A DNA stretch of 64,000 nt, taken from a virus. Where the stretch lies: positions 1,094 to 65,093 of the IMG/VR virus record IMGVR_UViG_2936028420_000001, one strand, 5' to 3'. The notes below the pieces were generated by a model that was not told where the DNA came from, ran no database searches, and saw nothing but the letters and a program-made list of their open reading frames with translations. Of the stretch, positions 7,694 through 16,207 are shown piece by piece. Position 1 is the stretch's first letter, and each line of letters starts with the position of its first letter. Made by a program: the position numbers and the translations under genes.

Positions 7694-8806
7694 ATGCCCA
7701 CCATCACACTACGCAACCAGCAGACGCTGGATAATTGGCGCAAGCGCCTCGCCGGCGAGGAGATCAAGACCTACGAAGCCGATCCAGACATTGGCTATTA
7801 CCGACTTCGCAAGAAGGACATCAAGACCAACGAGGTCTGGTGGACTCCGGTTGCCTACTTCATCGACGGCGGCAAGCTGGTCGGCGTGATCGGCGACCGC
7901 AACATGAACGAGCGTGAGATCGGCGATTTGTGGCACTCGGTTTCCGCGTATCCGATTCCGGAGGAAATCTTCTTCGCCTTCGAGGATCTAGTCGAGGTGC
8001 CGAATGCGGACTGGCCGGCCGGCCTGCGCGGCGAGCCGAAGCGCCCGCCGTTCGCGAGCAAGGCCGAACCGACCGCGACGCACACCCAGGTGGCCGGCAT
8101 CACTGGCACAGCGGTCCCCGCCGCCAACCGCGAGGTCGCCCGCTCCGACAACGCTCCGCCTGCCGAGGAGGCGATACCGCTCGACCAGCAGCACAAGACG
8201 GCAATCGACAATGCCATCGCCGCTGCGCCGAAGGCGGTACCGACCACGGCGGAGGAGGCGGCCCTGGCCGAAGGCTCCAAGAACCGGATTGCCGAGCTGC
8301 GCCTCGCTGCAGCAAGGGACGGCAAGGCGCTCTACGAGCCGATGTACCGTGCCTACACTGCGGAGCAGAAGAAGTGGTCTCCGTTGATTGCCGCTGCCGA
8401 GACTGCGGAGAAGGCGCTGGGCCGGTTGGTGCTGACCTTCCGCGAGAACGAGCGCAAGCGCGTCCTCAAGGAGCAGCAGGAGGCGGCCGCGAAGCAAGCC
8501 GCGATCGACGAAGCCAACGCGCGCGCTGCCGACCGTGCCATCGCCGCCGGCAAGCCTGAGCCCGCGCCGGTGGTTGTCGAGACGGTAGCGCCCGCAGCGC
8601 CGGAGCCGGTCAAGCCGACCTATGGCACCCGCAGCGTCAAGGCCGAGCTCAAGACCCACCTCGACGAGATCACCGACTACGATGCGGTCTACGCCTACTT
8701 CAAGGGCACGGATCCGGTGAAGGCGTTGCTGACCACGTTGGCAAAGGCGGCCATCACCGCCGGCCGCACCGTGCCCGGCACCAAGACGAGGGAGGGCCTG
8801 ATCTAA
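7694..8806 (+). CDS. Coiled-coil phage protein (possibly Gam/Gp157-like recombination accessory)
   Basis: 370 aa, long Ala/Glu/Lys helical C-half; heads recombination module; function by context only. Confidence 0.6.
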   Translation: MPTITLRNQQTLDNWRKRLAGEEIKTYEADPDIGYYRLRKKDIKTNEVWWTPVAYFIDGGKLVGVIGDRNMNEREIGDLWHSVSAYPIPEEIFFAFEDLVEVPNADWPAGLRGEPKRPPFASKAEPTATHTQVAGITGTAVPAANREVARSDNAPPAEEAIPLDQQHKTAIDNAIAAAPKAVPTTAEEAALAEGSKNRIAELRLAAARDGKALYEPMYRAYTAEQKKWSPLIAAAETAEKALGRLVLTFRENERKRVLKEQQEAAAKQAAIDEANARAADRAIAAGKPEPAPVVVETVAPAAPEPVKPTYGTRSVKAELKTHLDEITDYDAVYAYFKGTDPVKALLTTLAKAAITAGRTVPGTKTREGLI

Positions 8807-8859
8807 CTACCGACTACCCATCACCACAAAATCCATCACATCATGCAAGGGACCATCAC

Positions 8860-9507
8860 ATGCCCGGCTATATCGTTATCGACGTCGAGACCAGCGGCCT
8901 CTACATCTACAAGAACGCCGACGGCACACCACACCCGGCCGACGCCCCGGATCAACCTCGCCTCGCCGAACTGGCGATGATCTTTTGCGACGACGATTTC
9001 AACGTCGAAAGCGAATATCAGGCCTACATCAAGCCGGACGGCTGGGTCATGGACCCGGCGGCGAGCGAGGCGAATGGCATCCTGACCGACTTCCTGCACG
9101 AGCACGGAGTTCCGGTGAAGGAAGTTCTCGCTAGCTATAGCGCCGCGATCCTCGACGGTCGGATCGTTGTGGCTCAAAATGCCCAATTCGATTGCAAGTC
9201 GATGCGCGGCGAACTGCGGCGCGAGGGCTTCGACGATCTGTTCGAGCAGACGGCAAATATCTGCACCATGCGCAGCGCCATGAAGCTGGTGCCGAAGGTG
9301 AAGAAGCTCAACGGCAAGGGCGGATTCCCGGGTCTTGTCGACGTCGCCGCGCATTTCGGCATCGAGATCGGGAAGCAGCACTCGGCCCTCGATGACGCTC
9401 GCGCCGCGGTGGAGGTGGCGAAGCGCCTCAAAGAGGCCGGCGTGTTGCTGGCGCCGGACGTGCACCGCGCCAAGAACCACCCCAGCAACGAACCGGTGGA
9501 GGCGTAA
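8860..9507 (+). CDS. DEDDh 3'-5' exonuclease (DnaQ-like)
   Basis: ExoI IDVETSG, ExoII AQNAQFD, ExoIII HSALDDA. Confidence 0.85.
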   Translation: MPGYIVIDVETSGLYIYKNADGTPHPADAPDQPRLAELAMIFCDDDFNVESEYQAYIKPDGWVMDPAASEANGILTDFLHEHGVPVKEVLASYSAAILDGRIVVAQNAQFDCKSMRGELRREGFDDLFEQTANICTMRSAMKLVPKVKKLNGKGGFPGLVDVAAHFGIEIGKQHSALDDARAAVEVAKRLKEAGVLLAPDVHRAKNHPSNEPVEA

Positions 9508-9508
9508 C

Positions 9509-10633
9509 ATGAACGTCCGCACCAAAGTCCCCACCAGTACCGAACAGGTGGTGGAGCAAGTCGCCGCCGCTGCCCCAGCGCATCCGCTTGTGGTTCACCA
9601 GCCGACGGCGAAGGTCTATCCCGCGAAGATCGCCAAGGCGATTCTTACGATCACGCGCGCCCTGCAGCCGGTCGCGAAGGCGGGCACCAACACCTTCCAC
9701 AAATACCAGTACCCGAAGTGGGAGGACGTGCTCGACGAGCTCGGCCCGAAGATGTCGGAAGGCGGTCTCATCATCCAGATGGACGAGGTGAGCCATGCCG
9801 GCTTTCAGGACGGCCGCATGATGGAGGTGACCTACGAGTTCACCATCATCAACGAGGACGGCGATTGCTGGCCGGACAAGCCGCACCTGACGCAAATGTG
9901 CAAGCTGGTCGATAACAAGGGCCAGATTGACGACAAGGCCGCCTCGAAGGCCCACACCCAGGCGCACAAATATTTCCTGATGCAGTTGTTCAAGATCAGG
10001 ACGCGCGACATGGCGGAGGCGGATCAGGATGGCGATCAGCCCGAGCAGCAGGCACCGCGCAAGCGCCCGGTCCCGACCTCGACCGGCAAGGTGGCGCCGC
10101 ACTTCATCAAGACAGTGCAGGGCGATACCGCGCGAACCTGGGCGGAGCGATTCCTCGGCTTCTTCGCCAAGGCCGAGACCGAGCTCGAGTGCGAGCAGTG
10201 GGACAAGCTCAATGACGGCCTGCTCACGGAACTGAGCAACAAGGCGCCGGACACGTTCAATGCGGTGGTCGACGCCATGAACGCAAAATTGGAGACCTTT
10301 GCGAAGAAGGCCGAGATCCCCGAGACCAAGGTCGACCCGATCAGCAGCGGGCCGAGCACCTTCCCGGGCGACAAGCCGCTGCCGAAGACGGACATGGCGG
10401 GCGACATTCCGGGGTTCCTGCGCCGCGCGCCGGCGCTGTCCGCAGACGAACAGGCGTGGCTGCACGGCCTCGGCGGAGCGTTCTCCGGCTGTGAGGACGT
10501 CGAAGGCCTCGCCAAGCAGCAGGCGCGGCTGATGACGCCGCAGGAGGGCAACGTCTCGGCCGGAGCATGGGCCAAAGCCAACGAACTGCTCAACGAACAC
10601 CTTGAGCGTCTGAACGAGGAGGCGGTGGCCTGA
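9509..10633 (+). CDS. erf: ERF-family single-strand annealing protein
   Basis: GTNTFHKYQYPKWEDV...DKAASKAHTQAHKYFLMQLFKI; start after GGAGG. Confidence 0.8.
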   Translation: MNVRTKVPTSTEQVVEQVAAAAPAHPLVVHQPTAKVYPAKIAKAILTITRALQPVAKAGTNTFHKYQYPKWEDVLDELGPKMSEGGLIIQMDEVSHAGFQDGRMMEVTYEFTIINEDGDCWPDKPHLTQMCKLVDNKGQIDDKAASKAHTQAHKYFLMQLFKIRTRDMAEADQDGDQPEQQAPRKRPVPTSTGKVAPHFIKTVQGDTARTWAERFLGFFAKAETELECEQWDKLNDGLLTELSNKAPDTFNAVVDAMNAKLETFAKKAEIPETKVDPISSGPSTFPGDKPLPKTDMAGDIPGFLRRAPALSADEQAWLHGLGGAFSGCEDVEGLAKQQARLMTPQEGNVSAGAWAKANELLNEHLERLNEEAVA

Positions 10634-11052
10634 TGGGCTTCGCGCTGACCATCATCCGAACCCAAAAGGATCGCGAGGAAGCGATGCTGTGGGTGACGAA
10701 GGCGCCAATCGGGACACGGATAGAGCTCCGTGGCCCGAAGCGCAGCAAGGAGCAGTCCGACAAGATGTGGGCGATGCTCACCGACATCGTGAAGGCCGGC
10801 AAGACCATCAACGATCGCAAGCTGACGACGGAGGAATGGAAGGTCGTCTTTTTGCAAGCGCTCGGCCATGAGCCGGACGTTCTGCCGACGCTCGACGGCA
10901 AGGGATTTTTCTCGCTCGGCTATTCGTCATCGAAACTATCGAAGGAGGAAATGTCGGACCTGATCGAGTACATCTACGCCTGGGGCGCCGAGAACAGCAT
11001 GGTGTGGAGCGACCCTGAACTCGCCTCGTATCAGCAGATGGCGCGCCGGTGA
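10633..11052 (+). CDS. ninB: NinB/Orf-family recombination protein
   Basis: KRSKEQSDKMWAMLTDI...WK...SSSKLSKEEMSDLIEYIYAWGAE. Confidence 0.8.
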   Translation: MGFALTIIRTQKDREEAMLWVTKAPIGTRIELRGPKRSKEQSDKMWAMLTDIVKAGKTINDRKLTTEEWKVVFLQALGHEPDVLPTLDGKGFFSLGYSSSKLSKEEMSDLIEYIYAWGAENSMVWSDPELASYQQMARR

Positions 11053-11417
11053 CCCGCAAGCACATCAGCCTTCGGACAAAGCTCGCTGCCGCGATCTGTC
11101 AGCTATTCCTGACGCACGACGAGGCGGCAGCGCTCTCGGAGGATCAGGTGTTGTTGCTGGTGCATTGGGACCACTATCCGATTCCGCACGCGGAAGGCGG
11201 TTCCGATAGTCACTTCAATCTCGTTGCTGCGCTGGTGCCGGGACACAAGGAGAAAACGGCGAAGATCGACATTCCCGGTATTGCCAAGCGTAAGCGGATC
11301 ACCAAAGCTCACAAAGATTTCCAGCGGCGCCTTTTAGCGCCGAAGGATCAGAGACCGCCCAAACCATCACGTTGGGGCAAGCGCCCGTTTCCATCACGCA
11401 AAAAGGCGAAGACATGA
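11049..11417 (+). CDS. HNH-like nuclease
   Basis: WDHYPIPHAEGG....NL......H..KT. Confidence 0.7.
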   Translation: MTRKHISLRTKLAAAICQLFLTHDEAAALSEDQVLLLVHWDHYPIPHAEGGSDSHFNLVAALVPGHKEKTAKIDIPGIAKRKRITKAHKDFQRRLLAPKDQRPPKPSRWGKRPFPSRKKAKT

Positions 11418-11719
11418 CCATCACCACCACAAATCAGAACAGCGACGACGATATTATCGCCACCACCCTGTTGAACGTCACGATCATGGCGGCCGATCGC
11501 CGTGGCGGCCGGCGCATGCTCAGCGTCGACGACTACAAGGCGTTTCAAGCAATGCTGATGGCGTCGGATGGAATCCGCCCAGCCGTTCAGCATGAGCAGG
11601 AAGTGTCGGCTGTCACTCAGTCGAAGCCGGAGCAACAAGACGCGGCGGCCATCGGAATGGATGCCGTGGCCAAGGCGATCGGAAGCACTGCCGCCACGCT
11701 TGCGCCAAACGCGCTTTAG
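11414..11719 (+). CDS. Hypothetical phage protein
   Basis: ATGA overlap start. Confidence 0.55.
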   Translation: MTITTTNQNSDDDIIATTLLNVTIMAADRRGGRRMLSVDDYKAFQAMLMASDGIRPAVQHEQEVSAVTQSKPEQQDAAAIGMDAVAKAIGSTAATLAPNAL

Positions 11720-11742
11720 CTATTTATCGACAGGAAGATATC

Positions 11743-12006
11743 ATGACGCTCAACCCGATTCACTGTCTCGACCGCAAGGGCCGCCGAACCCCGCGCGCCA
11801 TCCGCAAGACCATCAGTCGCCTCGATTCCAAGATGCGGACCGCGCCGAACGAAACCCGCGGCATGCAGTACGGTCTCCTGATGAGCATGCTCAAGAATCG
11901 GGACGCGCGGATGTTCCTCGGCCGGCAGGGCGATGTGATGAAGGCCTACGGCAAGCCGAAGGCCAAGCCTCGCTACCGGGTTGCAGCCATCAGCCACTCG
12001 GTCTGA
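11743..12006 (+). CDS. Basic hypothetical protein
   Basis: AGGAAG RBS, high GC3. Confidence 0.65.
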   Translation: MTLNPIHCLDRKGRRTPRAIRKTISRLDSKMRTAPNETRGMQYGLLMSMLKNRDARMFLGRQGDVMKAYGKPKAKPRYRVAAISHSV

Positions 12007-12037
12007 CGAAACAACCGACAACCTGAAGGATAGACCA

Positions 12038-12280
12038 ATGATCGATTACGCGAAGGTCAAGCCGGGCGACAAGCTGATGATCGTGGGCATAGGAGCACCT
12101 GGATTCGCCTCGATTGGTGATGTGGTCGAGGTCGTTTCCTCCAACGGCAAGAACCGTTGCGACGTGAAGCGCAAGGACGGCGAGACGGCCTACTTTGCCC
12201 TGACGTGCGGCGCTTCCCGCCTGAACGCGCTGGATGCCGCCCCACCCGTCGAGCAGGCCAAGACGGAGGTGGAGGGATGA
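12038..12280 (+). CDS. Small beta-rich (SH3/KOW-like) protein
   Basis: VKPGDKLMIV...IGDVVEVV; AAGGA RBS. Confidence 0.6.
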   Translation: MIDYAKVKPGDKLMIVGIGAPGFASIGDVVEVVSSNGKNRCDVKRKDGETAYFALTCGASRLNALDAAPPVEQAKTEVEG

Positions 12281-12477
12281 GCGGAAAGGTCAAGAAACTG
12301 GAATTCATCTTCGGTGACGTCGCCATGACCCTGACGCCGGCCGATCTAGAGGCTGTCATGCAGGATCTGGCGAAGAAGTTTCCAAAGCGGGAGCCGACCT
12401 CTGCCGAGTTCGCCGACGCCTGCATGGAGCGGATGATTGCCCACGCGCGGCCGACACGAACCGTGCTGCACAATTAG
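12277..12477 (+). CDS. Hypothetical phage protein
   Basis: ATGA overlap. Confidence 0.6.
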   Translation: MSGKVKKLEFIFGDVAMTLTPADLEAVMQDLAKKFPKREPTSAEFADACMERMIAHARPTRTVLHN

Positions 12478-12508
12478 CCTGAACGCCGCCCCAACCGGAG
12501 GTACGACA

Positions 12509-12643
12509 ATGCACTGGGGAAAGACCAAAGAGAACGGCATGTGGATCTCGTCCGTCTCCGATTGGCGGTTCATGTTCCGCGGCCATGATGCGCTCTACAT
12601 CGCCGCCGGAAGACTGCGATTGCGGCTGATGAAGCCGGCCTGA
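12509..12643 (+). CDS. Hypothetical 44-aa protein
   Basis: GGAGG RBS. Confidence 0.55.
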   Translation: MHWGKTKENGMWISSVSDWRFMFRGHDALYIAAGRLRLRLMKPA

Positions 12644-12667
12644 CTCACATGGAATGGGAGCGAAGAT

Positions 12668-12850
12668 ATGGACAATTTTCTTTGGTGGTCTGGCGTCGCG
12701 TTCTGGCTGATCCTGAGTAGCCTGGGAATCCTTTTCACTGCCACCTACCTGATTGAGCAGGCCATCCGCTACTTCGGGTTCTACAGGACGATCATGCAAT
12801 TTGCCTGGGACAGGGCTCGCGCGGCTTCTAAGGAGCGCTTCCCTGGCTGA
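12668..12850 (+). CDS. Small membrane protein
   Basis: One TM helix, GGGAG RBS. Confidence 0.6.
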   Translation: MDNFLWWSGVAFWLILSSLGILFTATYLIEQAIRYFGFYRTIMQFAWDRARAASKERFPG

Positions 12851-12877
12851 CGGTCATGAAGAGAATTGGAGAGCCTG

Positions 12878-13165
12878 ATGCAGACGATAAAAATCTCTCA
12901 CGCCGGCCGGATCGACTTTTGGGATGGCTTTCGCTTCGCCTGGGGCGTGACTGCCTTTGTGTGCATCGGGCTGCTGATCTGTCAGATCGCCGATGACTAC
13001 GTTTGGCAATCGCCATTCGATGACAGCGACGCCGCGCCAAAGCGATCCGGGCTGCGGATTAAGACCGACAACCTCACTGGATGCCAGTATTTCATAACTG
13101 TGTTCGGTGGGATAACGCCGCGAGTTGATGGCTCCGGCAAACAGATTTGCAGGCCAACAGCCTGA
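12878..13165 (+). CDS. Membrane-anchored protein, DUF6440-like
   Basis: TM helix then TDNLTGCQYF...GGITPRVDGSGK. Confidence 0.6.
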   Translation: MQTIKISHAGRIDFWDGFRFAWGVTAFVCIGLLICQIADDYVWQSPFDDSDAAPKRSGLRIKTDNLTGCQYFITVFGGITPRVDGSGKQICRPTA

Positions 13166-13186
13166 CTCACATATAGGAGGAACATC

Positions 13187-13399
13187 ATGCCGATTCCAAA
13201 CAAGACGATCAGAGCAGAAGATGCGGGAGTGTTTCTTCCTGGGACGAAGGTTACCAGCGCTCACCGGAAAGAGGCAGGTATTTGCATAATACCATCTGCC
13301 GTAGCCATCGAAGGCATGCCGCGTTACGACGCGGTGTACGTCTGCTGGCCTAACGGCGATGCGGAGTGGGTTTATCCGCAGATGCTTAGCCGGCTTTAG
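13187..13399 (+). CDS. Hypothetical protein
   Basis: AGGAGG RBS. Confidence 0.6.
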   Translation: MPIPNKTIRAEDAGVFLPGTKVTSAHRKEAGICIIPSAVAIEGMPRYDAVYVCWPNGDAEWVYPQMLSRL

Positions 13400-13440
13400 C
13401 CCCTCGTACCCTGAAATGAACCGGCAAGGAGAGAGACGAG

Positions 13441-13641
13441 ATGACGGACGCAAGCGCCAAAGCCATCGCAACGGTAGCGATAATCCTAGTCCTTGTCGCG
13501 TGGAATGGCACGATTCTGGTTGGGACGGCCTACATCGTGTTCGTGCTTGGATATAGCGGCTGGTGGTGGCTTCTCGCCGTGGTGCTGATGTCAGGGAGCG
13601 CGAACGCTACCGAGAAGGCCACCGAGAAGAAAACAGCCTGA
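13441..13641 (+). CDS. Small two-TM membrane protein
   Basis: Two hydrophobic segments; AAGGAG RBS. Confidence 0.6.
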   Translation: MTDASAKAIATVAIILVLVAWNGTILVGTAYIVFVLGYSGWWWLLAVVLMSGSANATEKATEKKTA

Positions 13642-13671
13642 CGTACTGTCATGAGGAACGAGAGGGAGACA

Positions 13672-13821
13672 ATGGATAAGCTCGGACAACGCATCGTTGA
13701 CGATACGGCAGAGATCAAAGCGAAGCGGCGTGAAGCCGAAACCCTTGAGCACCGCGCGAAGCAACTCAGGCGCGAGGCTGACGAAATTGAGCGCCATCTC
13801 GAACTAGCTAGACGTTCATGA
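13672..13821 (+). CDS. 49-aa coiled-coil protein (not in ORF track)
   Basis: MDKLGQRIVDDTAEIKAKRREAETLEHRAKQLRREADEIERHLELARRS; GGGAG RBS. Confidence 0.55.
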   Translation: MDKLGQRIVDDTAEIKAKRREAETLEHRAKQLRREADEIERHLELARRS

Positions 13822-13834
13822 AAGATGACCGCCG

Positions 13835-14038
13835 ATGAAATACGTCCAGGCGCGTAACGGTGAGTGGATTCAACCCAAGAAAAGGGGATGGAAAATGCGG
13901 TGCTGTGATTGCCACCTCGTTCACGAGGTCGATTTCCGGGTCATGAACGGAAAGGTTCAGCTCAGGCCCCGCCGCGACAATCGGGCGACAGCCGCATCAA
14001 GGCGCGGGCGTTCTGATACGAATGGAGATCGAACGTGA
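13835..14038 (+). CDS. Small Cys/His phage protein
   Basis: MRCCDCHLVH motif. Confidence 0.6.
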   Translation: MKYVQARNGEWIQPKKRGWKMRCCDCHLVHEVDFRVMNGKVQLRPRRDNRATAASRRGRSDTNGDRT

Positions 14039-14053
14039 GAGATCGGCTTTCCA

Positions 14054-14443
14054 TTGACCCCGAGGTTTGCACTATTGGACCTGATCAAAGCACTTGCGAC
14101 CGAACTAGAGCCGATACCACAATTGATCGACCTAATTTCTGCGGCAATGCGTGCGTTCAACATGCTCCGTGAGAACCGCAACCTTCTGGTGCACGGACTT
14201 GAGATCGATGAGGCCGGACAGCTTTCAGCGAAAAACAAAGGAAGGGAGCATCATATTCTCCTCAATGATCTTTTCGATGTGGCAGCCCGGACGGAGCGCC
14301 TAGCAGCACACGTCGATCTGATTGCAGCAGCCAAAAGGTCGTATGATTTCAGCAAGGCTAAAGCCGAAAGCATGGGCGGCCACATCGGAGCGTTCGATTG
14401 GCCCGAACCGTTTGGCGAAGTGCCGAACCTGAAGCAGAACTAG
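14054..14443 (+). CDS. Hypothetical protein (lower GC, last gene of rightward operon)
   Basis: 129 aa; stop shares CTAG with convergent gene at 14440. Confidence 0.5.
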   Translation: MTPRFALLDLIKALATELEPIPQLIDLISAAMRAFNMLRENRNLLVHGLEIDEAGQLSAKNKGREHHILLNDLFDVAARTERLAAHVDLIAAAKRSYDFSKAKAESMGGHIGAFDWPEPFGEVPNLKQN

Positions 14444-15768
14444 AACCCCGCCAACGCCTGCTGCCTCAAAGACCCGAGCAGGTTATGACCGGCCCAAGAA
14501 AAGTGAACGTGATCCCCGGCATCGTAAGCCGCAAGCATGGTACCCAAGCTGTTCGGGTCCTCGAACGCGCTGTAGGGGTCTGTCACGAACGCGCCGAGCG
14601 GGATCAGCGTGGATTTCATCCACGCATTCCAATTCAGGGTGATGGTTCTGAGCGCCGCAACGCCGCCTGAGATGCCGGTAACAGCGGTGTCTGACCTCGG
14701 CGTTACTCCTTGGCAAAGCACAATGCTGCCGGTCGCCAAAGCGGCTTGCACCATACCGAGATAGAGCGCCTGGACCGAAGCGATATAGGTGTCACGCGCT
14801 GACCCAGCTGTGTAATTAGCTAGGGCACTGATCAGTGAATTTGTCGCCGATCCGATCACCGTAACGGCCGGATTGAGCACGGTCGCCCAATTGGCTTGCC
14901 CGGCGGCCATATCCTCAACGAGGAAGCCGCCGCGCGCATGAGTGAGGAACATGTCACTGTCCCCGTTCAATTCGCGCCCGAGCACGATTCCCGGATTACG
15001 GCTTTCGTTGTAGGTGTTGGCGGCGAAGGTGCGAGCCGTGTTCGGGTCAGGGCACCAGCCGACGTAGCCAGCATCAGTCGAACACCCCAAGATCACCCCA
15101 AGAAGCTCGAAGATGCGAGGCTTCGTGATAGTCGCGCTCCCCACAGCTCCGGTTGAGCCGTTCTTGACCGTGAAGGTCGTGGGAATGATGTTGGACGAAG
15201 CGATCGTCTGAGTGCCAATATAGTATTGCGCCTCGGTGCTGGTGGCCGTCGATTTGTAATGCAGGTAGTAATAGACCTTGTAGCTTGTGGTCCCGGTCGG
15301 AACGACGGCGCACGTTAAGCGGAACCACTGCGACATGTCCCAATTCGGCGGCGACACTACAAGATCGGCCGCCCCGGGCGCCTTCATCGTCACCTGATTA
15401 TCGCTCAGCCCAACCTGCATATATACCAAGTTGTTCGGCACGGCATCGCTGATCGTCGCGTAAAGGAAGGTGCCGAGCGCTACCTTCATCTCCATCGTAG
15501 CGAAGTATGTGACACCAGATCCAACAGCCGGAAACGGAGATGCCGCTACCGCTGCAATCTTGTTCTGATTGGCCGTGTTACCTGTCGTCAGCGCCATTGT
15601 GATGATTTCACCACCTGCATATGCGCCGTCGGCCGTATCTGCGGCGGACGTGATCGTGTTGCCACTGCCCGGAGTAGAGGTAAACTCCGAGAGCAAGTTC
15701 AACTTCAGAATGCGGCGGTTCTTGCGGTTCAGTTTCGTGAGGTTGGCGAAGCGCGAAATATCGACCAT
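14440..15768 (-). CDS. Putative virion receptor-binding protein with C-terminal SGNH/GDSL esterase
   Basis: Beta-rich N-half; C-terminal DAGDHVHF (DxxH); low GC3. Confidence 0.65.
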   Translation of the reverse strand: MVDISRFANLTKLNRKNRRILKLNLLSEFTSTPGSGNTITSAADTADGAYAGGEIITMALTTGNTANQNKIAAVAASPFPAVGSGVTYFATMEMKVALGTFLYATISDAVPNNLVYMQVGLSDNQVTMKAPGAADLVVSPPNWDMSQWFRLTCAVVPTGTTSYKVYYYLHYKSTATSTEAQYYIGTQTIASSNIIPTTFTVKNGSTGAVGSATITKPRIFELLGVILGCSTDAGYVGWCPDPNTARTFAANTYNESRNPGIVLGRELNGDSDMFLTHARGGFLVEDMAAGQANWATVLNPAVTVIGSATNSLISALANYTAGSARDTYIASVQALYLGMVQAALATGSIVLCQGVTPRSDTAVTGISGGVAALRTITLNWNAWMKSTLIPLGAFVTDPYSAFEDPNSLGTMLAAYDAGDHVHFSWAGHNLLGSLRQQALAGF

Positions 15769-15769
15769 C

Positions 15770-15955
15770 TTAGTTCACTCCGAGCGGCTGAAGAGAAACA
15801 ACGGGTTCGCCGGAGCGGCTGACGCGCTGGCCCCCGTCGGCAGCGCTGGTCACAAAGACCCAATGGTATCCGGCCGGCGCTGGAGACGGCGCGAATGAGG
15901 AGGCGTTCGCACCCCCTGAGTGAGCGCCGTAGTCCCTTGAAGGGAGTGGACGCAC
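15770..15955 (-). CDS. Small tail-associated protein
   Basis: PAPAGYHWVFVT motif; abuts start of SGNH gene. Confidence 0.45.
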   Translation of the reverse strand: MRPLPSRDYGAHSGGANASSFAPSPAPAGYHWVFVTSAADGGQRVSRSGEPVVSLQPLGVN

Positions 15956-15981
15956 AAACGAGGTTGTGGCTATTTCGACTT

Positions 15982-16164
15982 ATGAGCCAAGAAGACGCAA
16001 AACGGTTCCGCGCACAGGCGGAAGAGTGCCGCCATGAAGCGGAGAAAGCTATCAGCCAGGACGCCGCCGAAGCGTGGCTCCGGTTGGCCGGCGACTGGAT
16101 CAGGCTTGCGCATCAGGCCGAGAGCCGGCGAGGTCGATTTGACAAAGACCCGGAGCAGTCCTGA
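15982..16164 (+). CDS. Small helical protein of a family common in Bradyrhizobium
   Basis: RFRAQAEECRHEAEKA...AWLRLAGDWIRLA pattern; opposite strand. Confidence 0.65.
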   Translation: MSQEDAKRFRAQAEECRHEAEKAISQDAAEAWLRLAGDWIRLAHQAESRRGRFDKDPEQS

Positions 16165-16207
16165 AGGGAGCGAGCCGACATCCCTGAGAGAGCGTGGGAT
16201 GGGCGTG

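Noticed and set aside
14440-14443. Convergent stop codons sharing CTAG with no terminator
   Set aside because: Common in compact phage genomes; no further signal.
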